From Schmidtea nova (Eukaryota), in the NCBI GenBank assembly GCA_044892505.1, contig CM097883.1, positions 348,130,001 through 348,194,000 of the forward strand: a stretch of DNA of 64,000 nucleotides, in the 5' to 3' direction. Shown here piece after piece: positions 14,101 through 28,700 of this stretch. A program made the translations under genes and the position numbers. Below the pieces are notes generated by a model that worked only from the letters and a program-made list of their open reading frames with translations, was not told the DNA's origin and did no database searches. How positions within the stretch are numbered: position 1 is the first letter of the stretch; each line of letters starts with the position of its first letter.

Positions 14101-17100
14101 TGGCCTTCAATCTTTACTAGTTGTAGCATAATGAAATAGCGAAAATATATAATTTTAATTTAAAACTAATTATTAAATTAAACTCAGAGAAAAGTAAAAA
14201 AAAGAAACCAAAAATTTGTAATTATCATACATTAAAAATTTTAAAAAATGAATCTAATTATAGAGGTAACCCGAATTAATGATGTTCGGCATGTGTATAA
14301 TCTTGTTAGAACTTTGATATATAATTGTAGTTGTTTAATGTCTTACCAGGATGTAATAAATTATACAATATTGAATAATAGTGTAATGATGCAATGATCG
14401 GCTTTTGACCTTTTATATCAGACTTGACCACTGGTAGCATATTCGATCTTGGACATTTACATCACCTTGAGCCATATTGACCTTTCGTTACTATAGTTAC
14501 ACGCGTCATCACTTACATACATCTGACTCCTTTACCCGCAAGTCTATATCCTACAAGCGTACACTGTGTGTGTGTCATATTCCCTATCTCACTGCCTCTG
14601 CGTCTCAGTTTTGCTGCCCACTTACACTCCCACTGTACTACTGAGCTATTTTATGTACTTAAATTCAATAAAATCTCATTTGATTTTCATTTAATTTTTT
14701 TTTCTTTAAAAGATCTTTACAGTCTTCCTTTAAAATATATACATTATAAAAAACCCTAGAAAACCTGGCACTTCTCATGTCTGCAGGTTGCAATGGTTTT
14801 GAATGATAACTGTATTTGTAAAAGTACTACAATTATGTGAAAAAATTAAAGAAATTTACGAAAAAGTGATTGAAAAAAAGTGATAATTTGATTGATAATT
14901 TTAAATAATAAATTCACAAATTTAGATTCAAAATTAAATTTTGCACATATTTCTTCGTCGCCAAGCAACAATTCACTAAATAATTCATAATCAGTGCCAC
15001 ACGGCTGAATTATTTATAAAAATAGATACCAATTTGACTTTTATTAAGAGTAAGAAATAATTTTATTTGATTTTGAATAAAATGTTTAGTCAGTAGATAT
15101 CATTATAATAAGTTTTTTAATTACTTATCCAAAACTTAAATTAATTTTTGAATCTTAGGATAAAGTTGCTAGATTTTAGTAAAAATTTAAATTAAAATTG
15201 ATATTTTTAAATAAAGTTCTATAAATTTGTAGGGTAAAATGATACTTACACAATTAATAATCAATTTTATTGTAAATAACCGGCAATCAACTATTAAAAA
15301 CTTATTAACCTTCATCTGTCTCTCGGGTCCTTTTCGATCCGAAGTGATTTTATCTTAGAACAAAAATGCACAACTGCATCTCCTTTAAAAGTACCAACAG
15401 CAACGATATGTGGTCAAAAAAGAGGTAGATGTCACATTTACCCAAAATCGAAAAATAAAAATGCATTAAAATGTAAATATTGTAAAACATTTATTTGTAA
15501 GACACATTTCTATAATGTATGTAATAAATAAATAATTAACACATAAATCGCTCTTTATTATTCCTAAACTGTTAACATTACCGTTACTAATTAAATTAAT
15601 TAAATTATTTGCATTTTGTTTCTTTTAAGTCAAAGATTTCTGCCTCTGTCGAAAAAGACCCGAGGGACTTTAGTGTACAGTCGATTTGAGGGACAGGTGA
15701 AGGTTAATAATTCAATTTTTTATAAGATTGAATACATTACTGAGTTCCAAAATCATTTTAGAATACTACCTGGATACCGGCATATTTATGTATTTATTAA
15801 TGAAAAAAGTATTTCTTTTGCTGTAAGGGAAACATAACGATCATTTAATTGAAAATGAGTGGATTTTTAAATCGTAATATTCCAATAAAACTTTTTTATG
15901 CTTAGCTTTTGAATATAATTTTTATTTTTCAATTAAGTTGGAAAAAATTTTTAATAAATAACAAAATAAGCCCATGTTGCAAAATTTTTTAATAAGTGAA
16001 AATTTTCGATTAAAATAATCCTTATCAATCTCTAATTCAAAATATCCAAAAATTTAATTCCTTTATATATTCTTCATGAACGTCAGGCAAATAATATTAT
16101 TAAGAATTCTAATAAATAATCTGGCGTTTATAGAAGCTAAAATCTAAATAAGTAGATTGTAATTAAACTAGATTTTAAAATTGAACTTTGGTTTTTGATT
16201 GGTCAATTGCGTAGGTAGGAGGTCAAATATAATGTAAGAGGCCAAATGACATTATTACGCCATTAATTTATTATATGATATTACGTTGTTTATTATATCA
16301 TGGCAGATGAATACTTTATCTGACGGGGAAACATCCTTCTACTTTTGCCATACACCTTGCTTTTTTATTAACCCTTTCCTATCCTGTGTCTATAAAAATA
16401 TGACAAAAAAATTTAACCATTCTATCCTCTGTCTGTAAAAAAATGACATTATATTTGAATAGTTTATTTCCAATGCACTGTCGATTATATTATGACCAAC
16501 TGTTTATAGAGCGATTATGAACTTTTTTTTGAACTTTTTTTGAAATTTTATTAGGATTGGAACGGGCGGGACACATAAAATAAAGAAGATAGGAAAGGGT
16601 TGAGGTACTCTATTTCTTATAATATTTTTGTTCCAGCTCTATATCATTTGGCTATAGCATTTATATTAGCACTTAACTCATTTTCTTTTGTTATTAATAA
16701 TATGTGATTTTCTCTCAAGTCGAACGTCATTAATATTCTTTTATTCTTATCCATTAACTCCGTTTAAGTGAATTCAACTTGAACAAAATGAATAATTTAT
16801 TAACTTGTAATAAAGGGATTATTTCCTGTAAGCTATATCAATGTTTATGTATCCGTTTGGCGGAATAACTGTTAAACAGTAAAGTGATGGTGTTCTAGTT
16901 GAACGGTCAGGTTTTCTTTCATGTACACTTATTATATAATACAGTGTATATATTCTGACGCCTAAACTTGGGAAATCTTTTTTTTATCTTTAGCTTTGAA
17001 AACATTAAAACAAATTACAATCTAGTGAAACTTCATCGAATAAAGTTTATAACATATTTGTGTGGTTTAAATTCATAAAGATGTAATAATAATTAAAAAA

Positions 17101-20100
17101 TAAAATTAACATAATAAAATAAAAGTTAAACACTATTAAATGCAAAGGTCACAATAATATATGAAAAATCCTAAAATGCATTGCCAAAGAGTTTCACAAC
17201 TACTCATCAATACGCTTAATTTTCTGGCAAATTTCTATTTTGAATTCATTTTCATTTCATCCGTCAATATTAGAAATTCACTTCATACATGAATGTGCTG
17301 TAAGCGGACAATTTGCACATTTACACGTGCGTAGCAATTTTTGTGGGCTGATAGAAGTCGTGTTGATTGGTATGTATAGATCCGGATGCATTTACTAATC
17401 ATTTTGTGAGTTTTCCCGTGACTTTGACTGTACACCCTCGTTCCTCAACATGTGGTCCGCGGACCACCAGAGGTCCGCGGGGTATTTGAGAAATTTTATT
17501 AATTAAGATACAATTTTTATGTAAAATTCTTAATAGAACTACATTTCTCTCCTTTTTTAATGCACAAAATTCCTTCCTTGAAATAGAATAATAAATTATA
17601 GAAGAGAAATATACTTACTTATCAATACTTATCATGTTTTACCAGATATTTTAAAATTAGTTTGTTTTAAGTATGTGATGGTCATACTGCTGGACACGAA
17701 AGGGTTTCTTCGTGCAAATCAAAGTTTGTATATGTTATTTGCTTATTCTAAAATGTATTTTTTATTTTTGACTAGTGCGCTCTGGACCGCGTAAATAATT
17801 TTGTTGGATATCCCTGTTTTAGTTCATAGTGTTGCTCCAAAGATTTAAAAGTTTTGATTCTGTTATTTGTGCTTTAACTTAGAAAGTAGACCGCATTTTT
17901 ACTTGCCTTGTTTTGGTACGTATGTTTCCTTAATGTTTTAAACTTTATTATAAACTATAAGACCCTCGAATTGATAAAGAATGGATTCGCGACCTATTTC
18001 GAAACATAGTATGTCTGTGAAAGAAGATCAATTATTAGAAATTAGAAATAACGGTGGGCTTAAGGCTGCATTCAAGACATCATTATTACCAATGTTTTGG
18101 ATAAAAATATGGCAGAATATCCCGAGTTCTCAACCACAGCTCTTAAATCTTCGTTGCCTTTTCCATCACTTATCTATGCGAGGCAGTATTTTCTGTGATG
18201 GCTGCAACCAAAACAAAACGCTTCGGGTATCCTTGTCGAAAATTATCCCAAGATGGGCCGGTCTAGTTGCAAATAAGCAATCGCAAGGTTCCCATTGATA
18301 TTTTGTGATATGAGAGTTTGCGTGTTTTAACAAAATTTTACAATAAAATAAATTATTAAAAGTACTAATCATTTTTTTAAAAAACCAAAAATATTATAAA
18401 ATTCCTAAAAGCGTAAATATTATACAACTATTATCAGAAAATTTAGGTTTCCGACGCCAACTACATTTTTATAAAAATCGACAGTAGTTGTCCCCGGCGA
18501 CAAATTTTTTCATCCAAAAGGTCTGTGGCTACAAAACGCTGTGGATCACCGCTGTACACCTCTAATGAATTCACGTAAATGCATCGAACAGGGTGCACAT
18601 TTTTTCGCTTATAGCAGATTGAATTTTGTTTGTTTGTTTTCAAATAATTTCTTTATAAAATTATACGAGTATATTACTAAGTTTTAGTAAGTAAATAAAT
18701 AATTGAAATATTTATATATAAAATATTTTTGTTAAGCTGTTCATTGCTTTTGATAAGTATACGCGTCATAATAAAGTGTGAATTTTGCTCGTTTGTTGTA
18801 TATACTCGTCGTGTTATTTTCCTTGTTTTTAATAGATGCATTTGCTCTGCATCTGACGTGCACACTCATCATTGTTTGATTTTATTTAAACACTTAGAAA
18901 TAAATTTTTATAACTGGATTTCATAATTAGTAGGTTTTTTCTACTGTTTTTTATTTTTCTCTCAATGAGTTTGAACAAGGTAAAACTGCTGGGAAAATTA
19001 CTCGGAACATTCAATATATTAATAGAGCTAATGTGATGAGACGTATATAGTTTTTATGTGGATATCTTTGGGCCCATGTTGAACTATATTCAAATTAGCA
19101 GAAGCCTTTGATTGGATTTCATAGACTTGCCGATAAAAATGCATCAAAGATAATTAGTTTGTTCTTTACTTCTTTCTCTTCTCAGAGGCGAAAATTTTTA
19201 GACTCAATTTGAACAAGTATATAATGCATATAAAGTTATATAATAAATAATTTGAGGCTTTTTCATAAATTGTAAATAATGCAAATATATTTCATATCAA
19301 TGCCATTGAAACAGATTCAAGGAAATTAAATATATCATTTTATTTATTTAAAAATTATTTTATTTTATATTAATATTAAAAATATTTTTTATAAATTATT
19401 TTTATAAATTTCATTTTTTTAAATATTATTAACATCTATTTTTTCACCTTTGATTTCATTTTTCTATTACAGAAATTTTTTTTTCTACTAGAATAAATTT
19501 TTTTATATTACGCGATTTTTCGGCACAACATTTTATAAATATGTTAAAATATTTTTCTTATAATGACTTGAAATTACTATTATTATATTTTTAAAATTTA
19601 TTTTATGAATTTTTTATTTAAAATTTAAATTTATATGTTAACTTTATTTCGAATTTTTTTTATTTTTAAATTTAATTATTTTTATCAATAATTTTCATAA
19701 TTGTATAAGACTATAGATCAAAAATTTTTTTTTGGTTTTTTGGTTGTTAAGTACACGATATTTCTGCACAGCCTTTATTACACCCTTTATACACTTGATA
19801 AAGGCTGTGCCGAAATATCAACAACTAAAAATCTATAATCATATAAAATTTGAAAATTATTGATATAAATAAAAAAATATCAAAGTTGAAACCAAAAGAT
19901 AATTATTATAAAATTTCTGTACCACAAATATTATGTTTAATGTTCCTATATCGATACTGAATATCTGTTTTTGTAGAACGTCGAGCTAGCATTGAATAGG
20001 ATCTGGGCAAAATTTGAATATTTTCGTGAAGTGGCACAATCGCTATTCTCGCTTCTAAGCGAGCTGGATAGGAAGGTTCTAGAGGAAGATATCAGGTTAA

Positions 20101-23100
20101 TAGATTTCAATAGAATTTTTTGTCATAGAAGTGCTATTTAGAAAATGGGAACAGAATATCAATGACCTAAAAGAATCCCTTCATACAAGAAATTCTTCCT
20201 TGATTCATTCAATGACGAATTATTCGAATCTATTGTGTGAGATTGATAGCAATTTGTCGGCATTGGAACATGTGAGAATGAGGTTGCGTAGTTACGTGTT
20301 GCTACCGCTAGCTCGGGAGTTGGTCGAAGAAAAACAAATTGAATTCCAGGTTATTTTATTTTTATCAGTAGTAAAAAATTCCCAATTTCCCAATTGTTAG
20401 CAAATCGCGTCTGACATTGCTGAGCAGGAACAACGAAATGAAATTATAAAAATTTCTTCGGAGTGTTGTATTGAAAATCTCGCAAAGCCGGAAATAGCCC
20501 AGCTTCAGTGTGCCTTGGATCGGCTGTTGAATGTATTCTCGGATGTCAAATCAGAAGTGGAACTTACGCGTGTCCATATCGATAAAATATTCACCCTTCG
20601 AATGAATGTCTATGAAATCCTCTCCAAGATCGACACCAATGGCATTGAGATTACGAAATTATGCGCATGTTTTCACCATCCGACCAATGATGAATCAGCT
20701 CTTATTTTGAAATTTGAAACGTTGCAGGTACTTCATTTATTTAAAGATTTTTGTTTATTTTTGTAAAAATTTTTATTAATCTAGAATTTGAAAGGCCTGA
20801 TTGAGCAGCAGCAGAACAATATCATGGACCTCATCGAATATTGGCATGATATAAGCATCAGTACCGTTAATGATGAGAGGAACTTGTTAGAAAACAAAAT
20901 TAAAGGTTATTTTATTTATTTTTATTTTATTGTAAAATTTTCTGTTTATTGTTAAAGGATTCATAATATTGAATTGGTCAAATTAAAATATATTGTCACT
21001 AAATTATTTGCCATATTTAAAATCAACTGTTAATAAAATCAAATTATATAATTACCAGTGTAAATCCGAAAATTTTGTGGTCAATTCTGAAAGAAATTTA
21101 AAATTTTTATTTTTGTTTTTATCGCTTTATTTTGAAGGGGGATTTTAAGTGGAAAATTTAAAAGATAAAAAATTGTATGTTTATTTGAACTTTTAATGGC
21201 GTCAGATGAGACGTAAAAATGAATGGACAAGAAGACAGTGATGTCAATATTGAAATGACAATTGAAAAGGCAAATGAAAACCAAAATAAAGATGATGTTT
21301 TAAATGAAAAAACGAGTGAAGAAATACTGAAAATTGAGAAGAAGTATAATGATATCAGACTGCTTTATTGGACAAATAATAGACCTCATTTTGGGCTTTT
21401 ATGATTCATCTACAATTCTCTGGGTATAAAGTAGTTTTCAAGTTTCCTTAAATCAATATGTCAACAGTACTGCTTTAACTAAACAATTCAATGTCAATAA
21501 AGAATGTGAGGCGTCAGAATCGGCAGAAATCGAAGAGTTTCAAAGCAAAGAAAGTCGCAGTAATAAAAATATGACTGTTATATTTTTTGTGAATATTGTG
21601 AAAAAAATTGCGTTTTGTTATTTTGTATTGTTTAATTTTTAAGATTTTTCTATACTAGGCCTACACAACTTAAGAAGCGCCAAGGGCTAATAATTTCAAG
21701 GAAAATAGTTGAGAGCCGAACGGGTAGTTAATATCATAATTATCTTTTGGTTTCACCTTTGATCTCTTTTTATTTATATCAATAATTTTCATAATCATAT
21801 GCCTATAAATCCAAATATTTTTGGTTTTTAAGTACACAAAAAACTTTTGATCTATAGTCATACCATTATGGAAATTATTGATTTAGGGTAGTTTGGAAAA
21901 AGTATAATATAAACCGGATGAGACCAACATATATTCATCATTGACATTGAAGATAGAATAGTTGATTGAAAAGTTCCTTGACTTTTTAATTACTAATCTT
22001 TGACAGCATAATCTGTTGATTTGTATTGATTGTGCTGGAATTCGGCCTTGTTTGGACATTAGTTGAAATGCTTGTAGAACTTAGATATGTTTAACTGTTG
22101 AACTTTCACTGTTTCTTGTCCCAGTCGTTGACGATATAACAAAAGAACTTTCTACGCTACTCAAAATTGATGATTTCTCACTCGTTTTGTCTGGTAATAT
22201 CGAAGAAAATTCTGGTTGGTTACACGACTTGATTGATGTGCCTGTTAAGTGCGTTGATGGCGTCTCACTTGAAGAACTAGTGCTTCTTATGGAGCTCGAA
22301 ATCTGTGTACTTGATGTCGTCGGTGATTCTGAACTTGTTACAATTATTTTCTCACTAGGTGAAATGCTCATTGAAACATTTTGATTTGAGAGCACTTCAT
22401 TGGATTTCTTGTTGGCCATGATGATTTTTTGAAAGTTAGTGTTATTTTCGATTATTTAAAACAAAAGAAAAAAAATTATTTAATATAATATTACATTAAT
22501 TATTTAATTATTAAATTAATGTCATTATTAAATTGAAAAGCCTGAGGCACTAAGGTAGTTAATAGAAAAGACTTTATATGATTTAAGTACAAGAAATAAA
22601 ATGCATTTTAATAATTTAAATGAAACTCGGTTTTAAGAGACTGCAATTCTTTCATAGATTTATTTAATTAAAATTTTATAAAAAGCGCCAAAATACTCAA
22701 TTATTAAAACACCAGTTAATTTAAATATCCAACTTAATATTTTTAATAGCGGCTTTTAAACATATTATATTTGTGTTTTTTACATTATTTCGTATTTAAT
22801 ATATTCGTTCGTCCGTCTAATAAATATTATTTATTGATTTAAAAATTTATTAAATCAGTTAATTCATTTTAAATATTTACTTCCATTTCTTTATGTGACA
22901 CAATGTGTGAACAGCCCAATAGTTATTCTAAAAAAATTACTTTTCCATAAACTTGATCATCCGAGATGATCTCCATTGTATAATTTTTTTTTCAAATGTC
23001 CAATTTCTTTCTAAACATCTTCAATGAAATTATTAAAGGGGCTTGGGTTTCGATCAGCAACTGGCATACAAAATCGATTGAACTGTACCTCTAGGAACGT

Positions 23101-25689
23101 CAAAAATAAATTCAAAAAATGCGACCATCATTTGATGGACTGCTAATATTTTTTATTTAACTACAAGATAAATTTTTATTTTTTTCAAAAAAAAACCCTC
23201 GTTCAACTTTTTGAAAAATTAAAATATGCCGCTGACTTATTTTCGTAAGAAGACGGAGGCAATCATTGAGGGATAATCATTGAATTTCTATTCTGACTAG
23301 GATAATGGTTTTATTATTAATTATTGTTTATTTAGAGTGGAATACGTGTAATCAAGACTTGTCAAAACAAACATGTCGAGAAATTAAAGCAACGGGAAAA
23401 ATGATAAAATATTACCAAACATGTTCCAATGATTTCAAAATTGTAAATGCTTTCACAGACGATCTAGAAGATCATTTTAAACAAAATCATCAATTCGATA
23501 TTAATTCATTTTATTTTCTAAAGGTTTGTAGAGTTTTATTTTTATTTTAGTTAATAATTACGCTTTTAATAGTTAATTTAACATGTGTAAAATAAATTTT
23601 AATATTCTTAAATAAATTTAAATTCATCTAAAATAAAAATTTCTGTACAATTTTATCCTTGATGTGAAGTTTCATAATTTTCAAATTTAACATAAATACA
23701 AGTTTCATTAAAATATTTTTTATATATTCAATTTTCATGTTTTATCTATCAATATCTTGTTGTATATTTAACACNNNNNNNNNNNNNNNNNNNNNNNNNN
23801 NNNNNNNNNNNNNNNNNNNNNNNNNNNNNNNNNNNNNNNNNNNNNNNNNNNNNNNNNNNNNNNNNNNNNNNNNNNNNNNNNNNNNNNNNNNNNNNNNNNN
23901 NNNNNNNNNNNNNNNNNNNNNNNNNNNNNNNNNNNNNNNNNNNNATGACTATAGATCAAATTTTTTTTATAAACAATAACACAATATTTCGGCACAGCCT
24001 TTATCAAGTGTGTATTTGAAATACACACTTGATAAAGGCTGTGCCGAAATATTGTGTTATTGTTTATAAAAAAAATTTGATCTATAGTCATTATGAGAAT
24101 TATTGATAATAATAATAAAAAAAGATCAAAGGNNNNNNNNNNNNNNNNNNNNNNNNNNNNNNNNNNNNNNNNNNNNNNNNNNNNNNNNNNNNNNNNNNNN
24201 NNNNNNNNNNNNNNNNNNNNNNNNNNNNNNNNNNNNNNNNNNNNNNNNNNNNNNNNNNNNNNNNNNNAATTGAGTTTTAGTGGTTTGTGTATGTGAATGT
24301 TTACGAACGGGAAGAAGAGTTGTAGGACCCGAGAGAGTCAGCCCGGTTGTTGTGGGGACACTCGGGGTGTATGCTGTGTATTGGTAGATTATAAGTGACA
24401 AAATAAAATAATAAACAATGTGATAAATTAATTATTAACTATAACCAGATATTGTCAAATATACAATTTTACAGAAGTTACTTTATAGAGTTTCGGAGAG
24501 AGAGTCTTTTTAATATATTTGCTTTTGATTTATTTGATTAAAATTTTCTTAAAATTTTTGAATTTACAAAATATTTCAGAATAGGAAATTCAATGTCTTG
24601 GCTCTCTCTTTTCAGTCTTCGTTTACAAAATATTTCAAAATAGGAAATTCAATGTCTTGGCTTTCTCTTTCCAGACTTCGTTTACAAAATATTTCAGAAT
24701 AGGAAATTCAATGTCTTGGCTTTCTCTTTTCAGATTTCGTTTACAAAATATTTCAGAATAGGAAATTCAATGTCTTGGCTTTCTCTTTTCAGACTTCGTT
24801 TACAAAATATTTCAGAATAGGAAATTCAATGTCTTGGCTTTCTCTTTTCAGACTTCGTTTACAAAATATTTCAGAATAGGAAATTCAATGTCTTGGCTTT
24901 CTCTGTTCAGTCTTCGTTTACAAAATATTCCAGAATCGGAAATTCAATGTCTTGGCTTTCTCTTTTCAGACTTCGTTTACAAAATATTTCAGAATAGGAA
25001 ATTCAATGTCTTGGCTTTCTCTGTTCAGTCTTCGTTTACAAAATATTCCAGAATCGGAAATTCAATGTCTTGGCTTTCTCTTTTCAGACTTCGTTTACAA
25101 AATATTTCAGAATAGGAAATTCAATGTCTTGGCTTTCTCTTTTCAGATTTCGTTTACAAAATATTTCAGAATCGGAAATTCAATGTCTTGGCTTTCTCTT
25201 TTCAGACTTCGTTTACAAAATATTTCAGAATAGGAAATTCAATGTCTTGGCTTTCTCTTTTCAGACTTCGTTTACAAAATATTTCAGAATAGGAAATTCA
25301 ATGTCTTGGCTTTCTCTGTTCAGTCTTCGTTTACAAAATATTCCAGAATCGGAAATTCAATGTCTTGGCTTTCTCTTTTCAGACTTCGTTTACAAAATAT
25401 TTCAGACTTCTGATGTATTATTTAATTATTACATAATTTTTAAAATCAATTTTTTATTAATTTTTCAATTTGGCTTACTATAGCTTTTGCTATAGCAAGC
25501 CAAATTTGAATTTTAAATTTAATTATAATAAGGTCGAGAATAATAATAATAATAAAAATAAATATTTACATTCACGATGAAAATAAAGGGGGGTCCCAGG
25601 TGACCGCAAGGGCACCGTCCATAACAATGACGGCGTGTACAACTGCATAGGTAAATAATCATATAAAAATAACCATTAAATTAGACATC

Positions 25690-25764
<75 letters not shown>

Positions 25765-28700
25765 ATTAAATATAAACACAAAAATATATTAATATTAAAA
25801 ATAAAAAATTAAATAACTAAATAATATAAATTATGAGAGGGTGTGATTTTCAAATTTTATATTCGTTATTATTTTTATTATGATAATAATTATTAATTAA
25901 TTATTACACTTGACATGTGTAAAAATTAATGGAAATTATTTGATTTATGAAGCAAATGTAGAAAAATTGTTAAGATTTGTTACTGTATGAACAAAATATT
26001 TTTATATTTTTCTACATTTACTTATTTTTATTTTCTTTATCTTCATTTCAAACTGTAAATCAATATTTTCTCAACCTTTTTTCTTTTGGTGGAACACCAA
26101 GTGTCAAATCAAGTTATCTATAAAAAGACTTCTTGAAATGATTTATTATATATTATCGCAATGTTATTAAAATGTTATGTGTATACATAGTTCAATAATT
26201 CTCAACCTTTTTACTTTGCAATTTATTGGATAAACTAGTAGGATAGTACACGTCAGATAAAGAACCCCAGTATGACCTCTTATTATAACAGGTAATTATT
26301 AAGCAATTAACCTCGCCATATTTGGCCTGTTATTAATAACTGTCCTTTAACTCATGAAGTCATAAATGACATTTGACTCCCGTGTAACCTTAACTCCAGT
26401 TTTCCTTCAGTTACTATGTGGTAACATGCGTACTCACCTAAGCACACACTTAGTAACCTATACACATGATTACTCATTTACACACCAACTATAATCAACA
26501 CGCTTACTATCCCACTCTTACTGCATTTCACATGTACTTCCTGCTGTCATGATGGAATCCAGGTGAAAAAGCTAGTAATGGAGACCTATCAAGGACCTCT
26601 AGCCTGAAAGGAAGATAGATGGGAATTGATCAACGGTGTTAATGAAAAAATATTACCGATTATAATAATGTTAACAAATTCTTCGTATTTAAGCCTTAGT
26701 AATTATTTATTTATCACATTATCTAAAGTATATTGAAATATTATTATGCATGATTTTTACTATCAATTTGTCATAAATGTGTATTTGGGCATTGTTATTA
26801 CTTGGCGAGTCTTACACAACTTGATGGTGCCTATTAAATATGTTGAGACCCCTATATTTTTCTACGACTATTATAATCTTATTCTATATTGGAATTGAAC
26901 CTAAACAATTGAATAACGGAGAAATTATTTCAGAAAAAACAAAATCATCTCAGTGAAATATTTACCACATTAAATCGGATTTTTGAAGCTTTCGTGGAAA
27001 ATGAACATTCGATTCCCGTAGAGGTCTACCGGACAATGTTTGATCATGCTATTCAGTTGAGATCCCGTTTAAAAAAGTGATTTATTTGGCACAGTTTCAT
27101 TTGATAAATATTTGTTTTTCTAGGCTGGAAGAAAAGATAGCTAGCGAAATTGAAACAAACGAACAATTACATTTGCCAGTAGATTTAATAAATTGGAATA
27201 GGAAGCTTGCAAATTTGACTGACCGTTTCAATTTCTTGAATCAGCCGTTTCTTGATGAAAATAATGACATTATACTTGCTGATATTAAGGTACTTTTAAT
27301 GGTATATTGTTGTTTGCTATGTTGGCTTAGGATCTTTTGAATGACATTACCAGTTTCCATAAAGATTTGAAAGCATTTGAAGCCCCTGACAAAGAATCGT
27401 TAACGGTAGCTCTTATCGAAGTAAGCAGGGAATTAGCCGCCTTAGAAAGTCGGACCAACGAAATATTAAATAAGACAGCCAAAACACTGGAGCATCAAAA
27501 AACATACAATTTAGTCAAGGGAAATATTGAAGGCAAAATTGCTGAGATCAAAAATCATTTGGATATTATTGAAATTCCCGGTGTATCGTTGGCAGCTAGA
27601 AATCACAGATACGAAGTACTTTATGTTTATTATTTTAATTATAATGCAGTAAATCCCTGACAAGTGTCACACCATTATCTATGTTGATGGATAAATAACG
27701 CCTTCAGAAGATGAATTATAAATTTATTTATTAAAATTCGATAGCTGTCACTCTTTATTAAATATCATTTAAAAAAAGGTTTATCATTTGTGATANNNNN
27801 NNNNNNNNNNNNNNNNNNNNNNNNNNNNNNNNNNNNNNNNNNNNNNNNNNNNNNNNNNNNNNNNNNNNNNNNNNNNNNNNNNNNNNNNNNNNNNNNNNNN
27901 NNNNNNNNNNNNNNNNNNNNNNNNNNNNNNNNNNNNNNNNNNNNNNNNNNNNNNNNNNNNNNNNNNNNNNNNNNTAATACTTATAATAATAATAATAATA
28001 ATAATAATAATTATAGAATAACGCCAACTCAGTAAATTCAACATAAACGCGATATATTTCGATTGTATAACAATCTTCTTCAGGCGAGGCAATCAGGACA
28101 ATCAATAATAAAATAGAAAATATGCTAAAATTTGAACAAATTAATCAATAAAAATCATCTTAATACCATATCAAAATTTTAATTAAAAAATTTAAAAATT
28201 TATTTTATTTTATTACACAAAAATCTTTTAAAATTTAATTAAAAACAAACATTATACATAGAACAACATACGTATTATTTTAAAAATAAAATTTAATTTA
28301 ATAAAATTTTAACACAACATAAAATTTACAAATTTTAAAATTTAAAAAAAATTAAAATTTTTACAAACAAACAAACAAACATAATAATACCACAAACATA
28401 ATCCGCAACATTCAACCTTCAGTTACTTAAACACATTCAAAATATCAGTGGAACGGGCAACTTGATCATTTATTTTTGGATTAAAATATCTAATCAGCAA
28501 TGCCTCACAAGTTACTCGTTCCCAATAATTACTTAAACCCTTTGAAATAATTTTAAAATCAGAGATACCTATTTTTTTACTGACACATTTCCTAAAATGA
28601 TCAGTAAAAAAATAGGTATCTCTGATTTTAAAATTATTTCAAAGGGTTTAAGTAATTATTGGGAACGAGTAACTTGTGAGGCATTGCTGATTAGATATTT

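Noticed and set aside
23945-24091. Family A as a classical MITE
   Set aside because: The symmetry centres on variably truncated inner ends, no TSD or defined outer TIR was found, and the topology matches the Penelope palindrome.
24571-25483. ORFs of 93-137 aa, and a CRISPR-like appearance of the array
   Set aside because: The ORFs are by-products of the 59-bp repeat. Units are contiguous with no unique spacers, and the context is eukaryotic.
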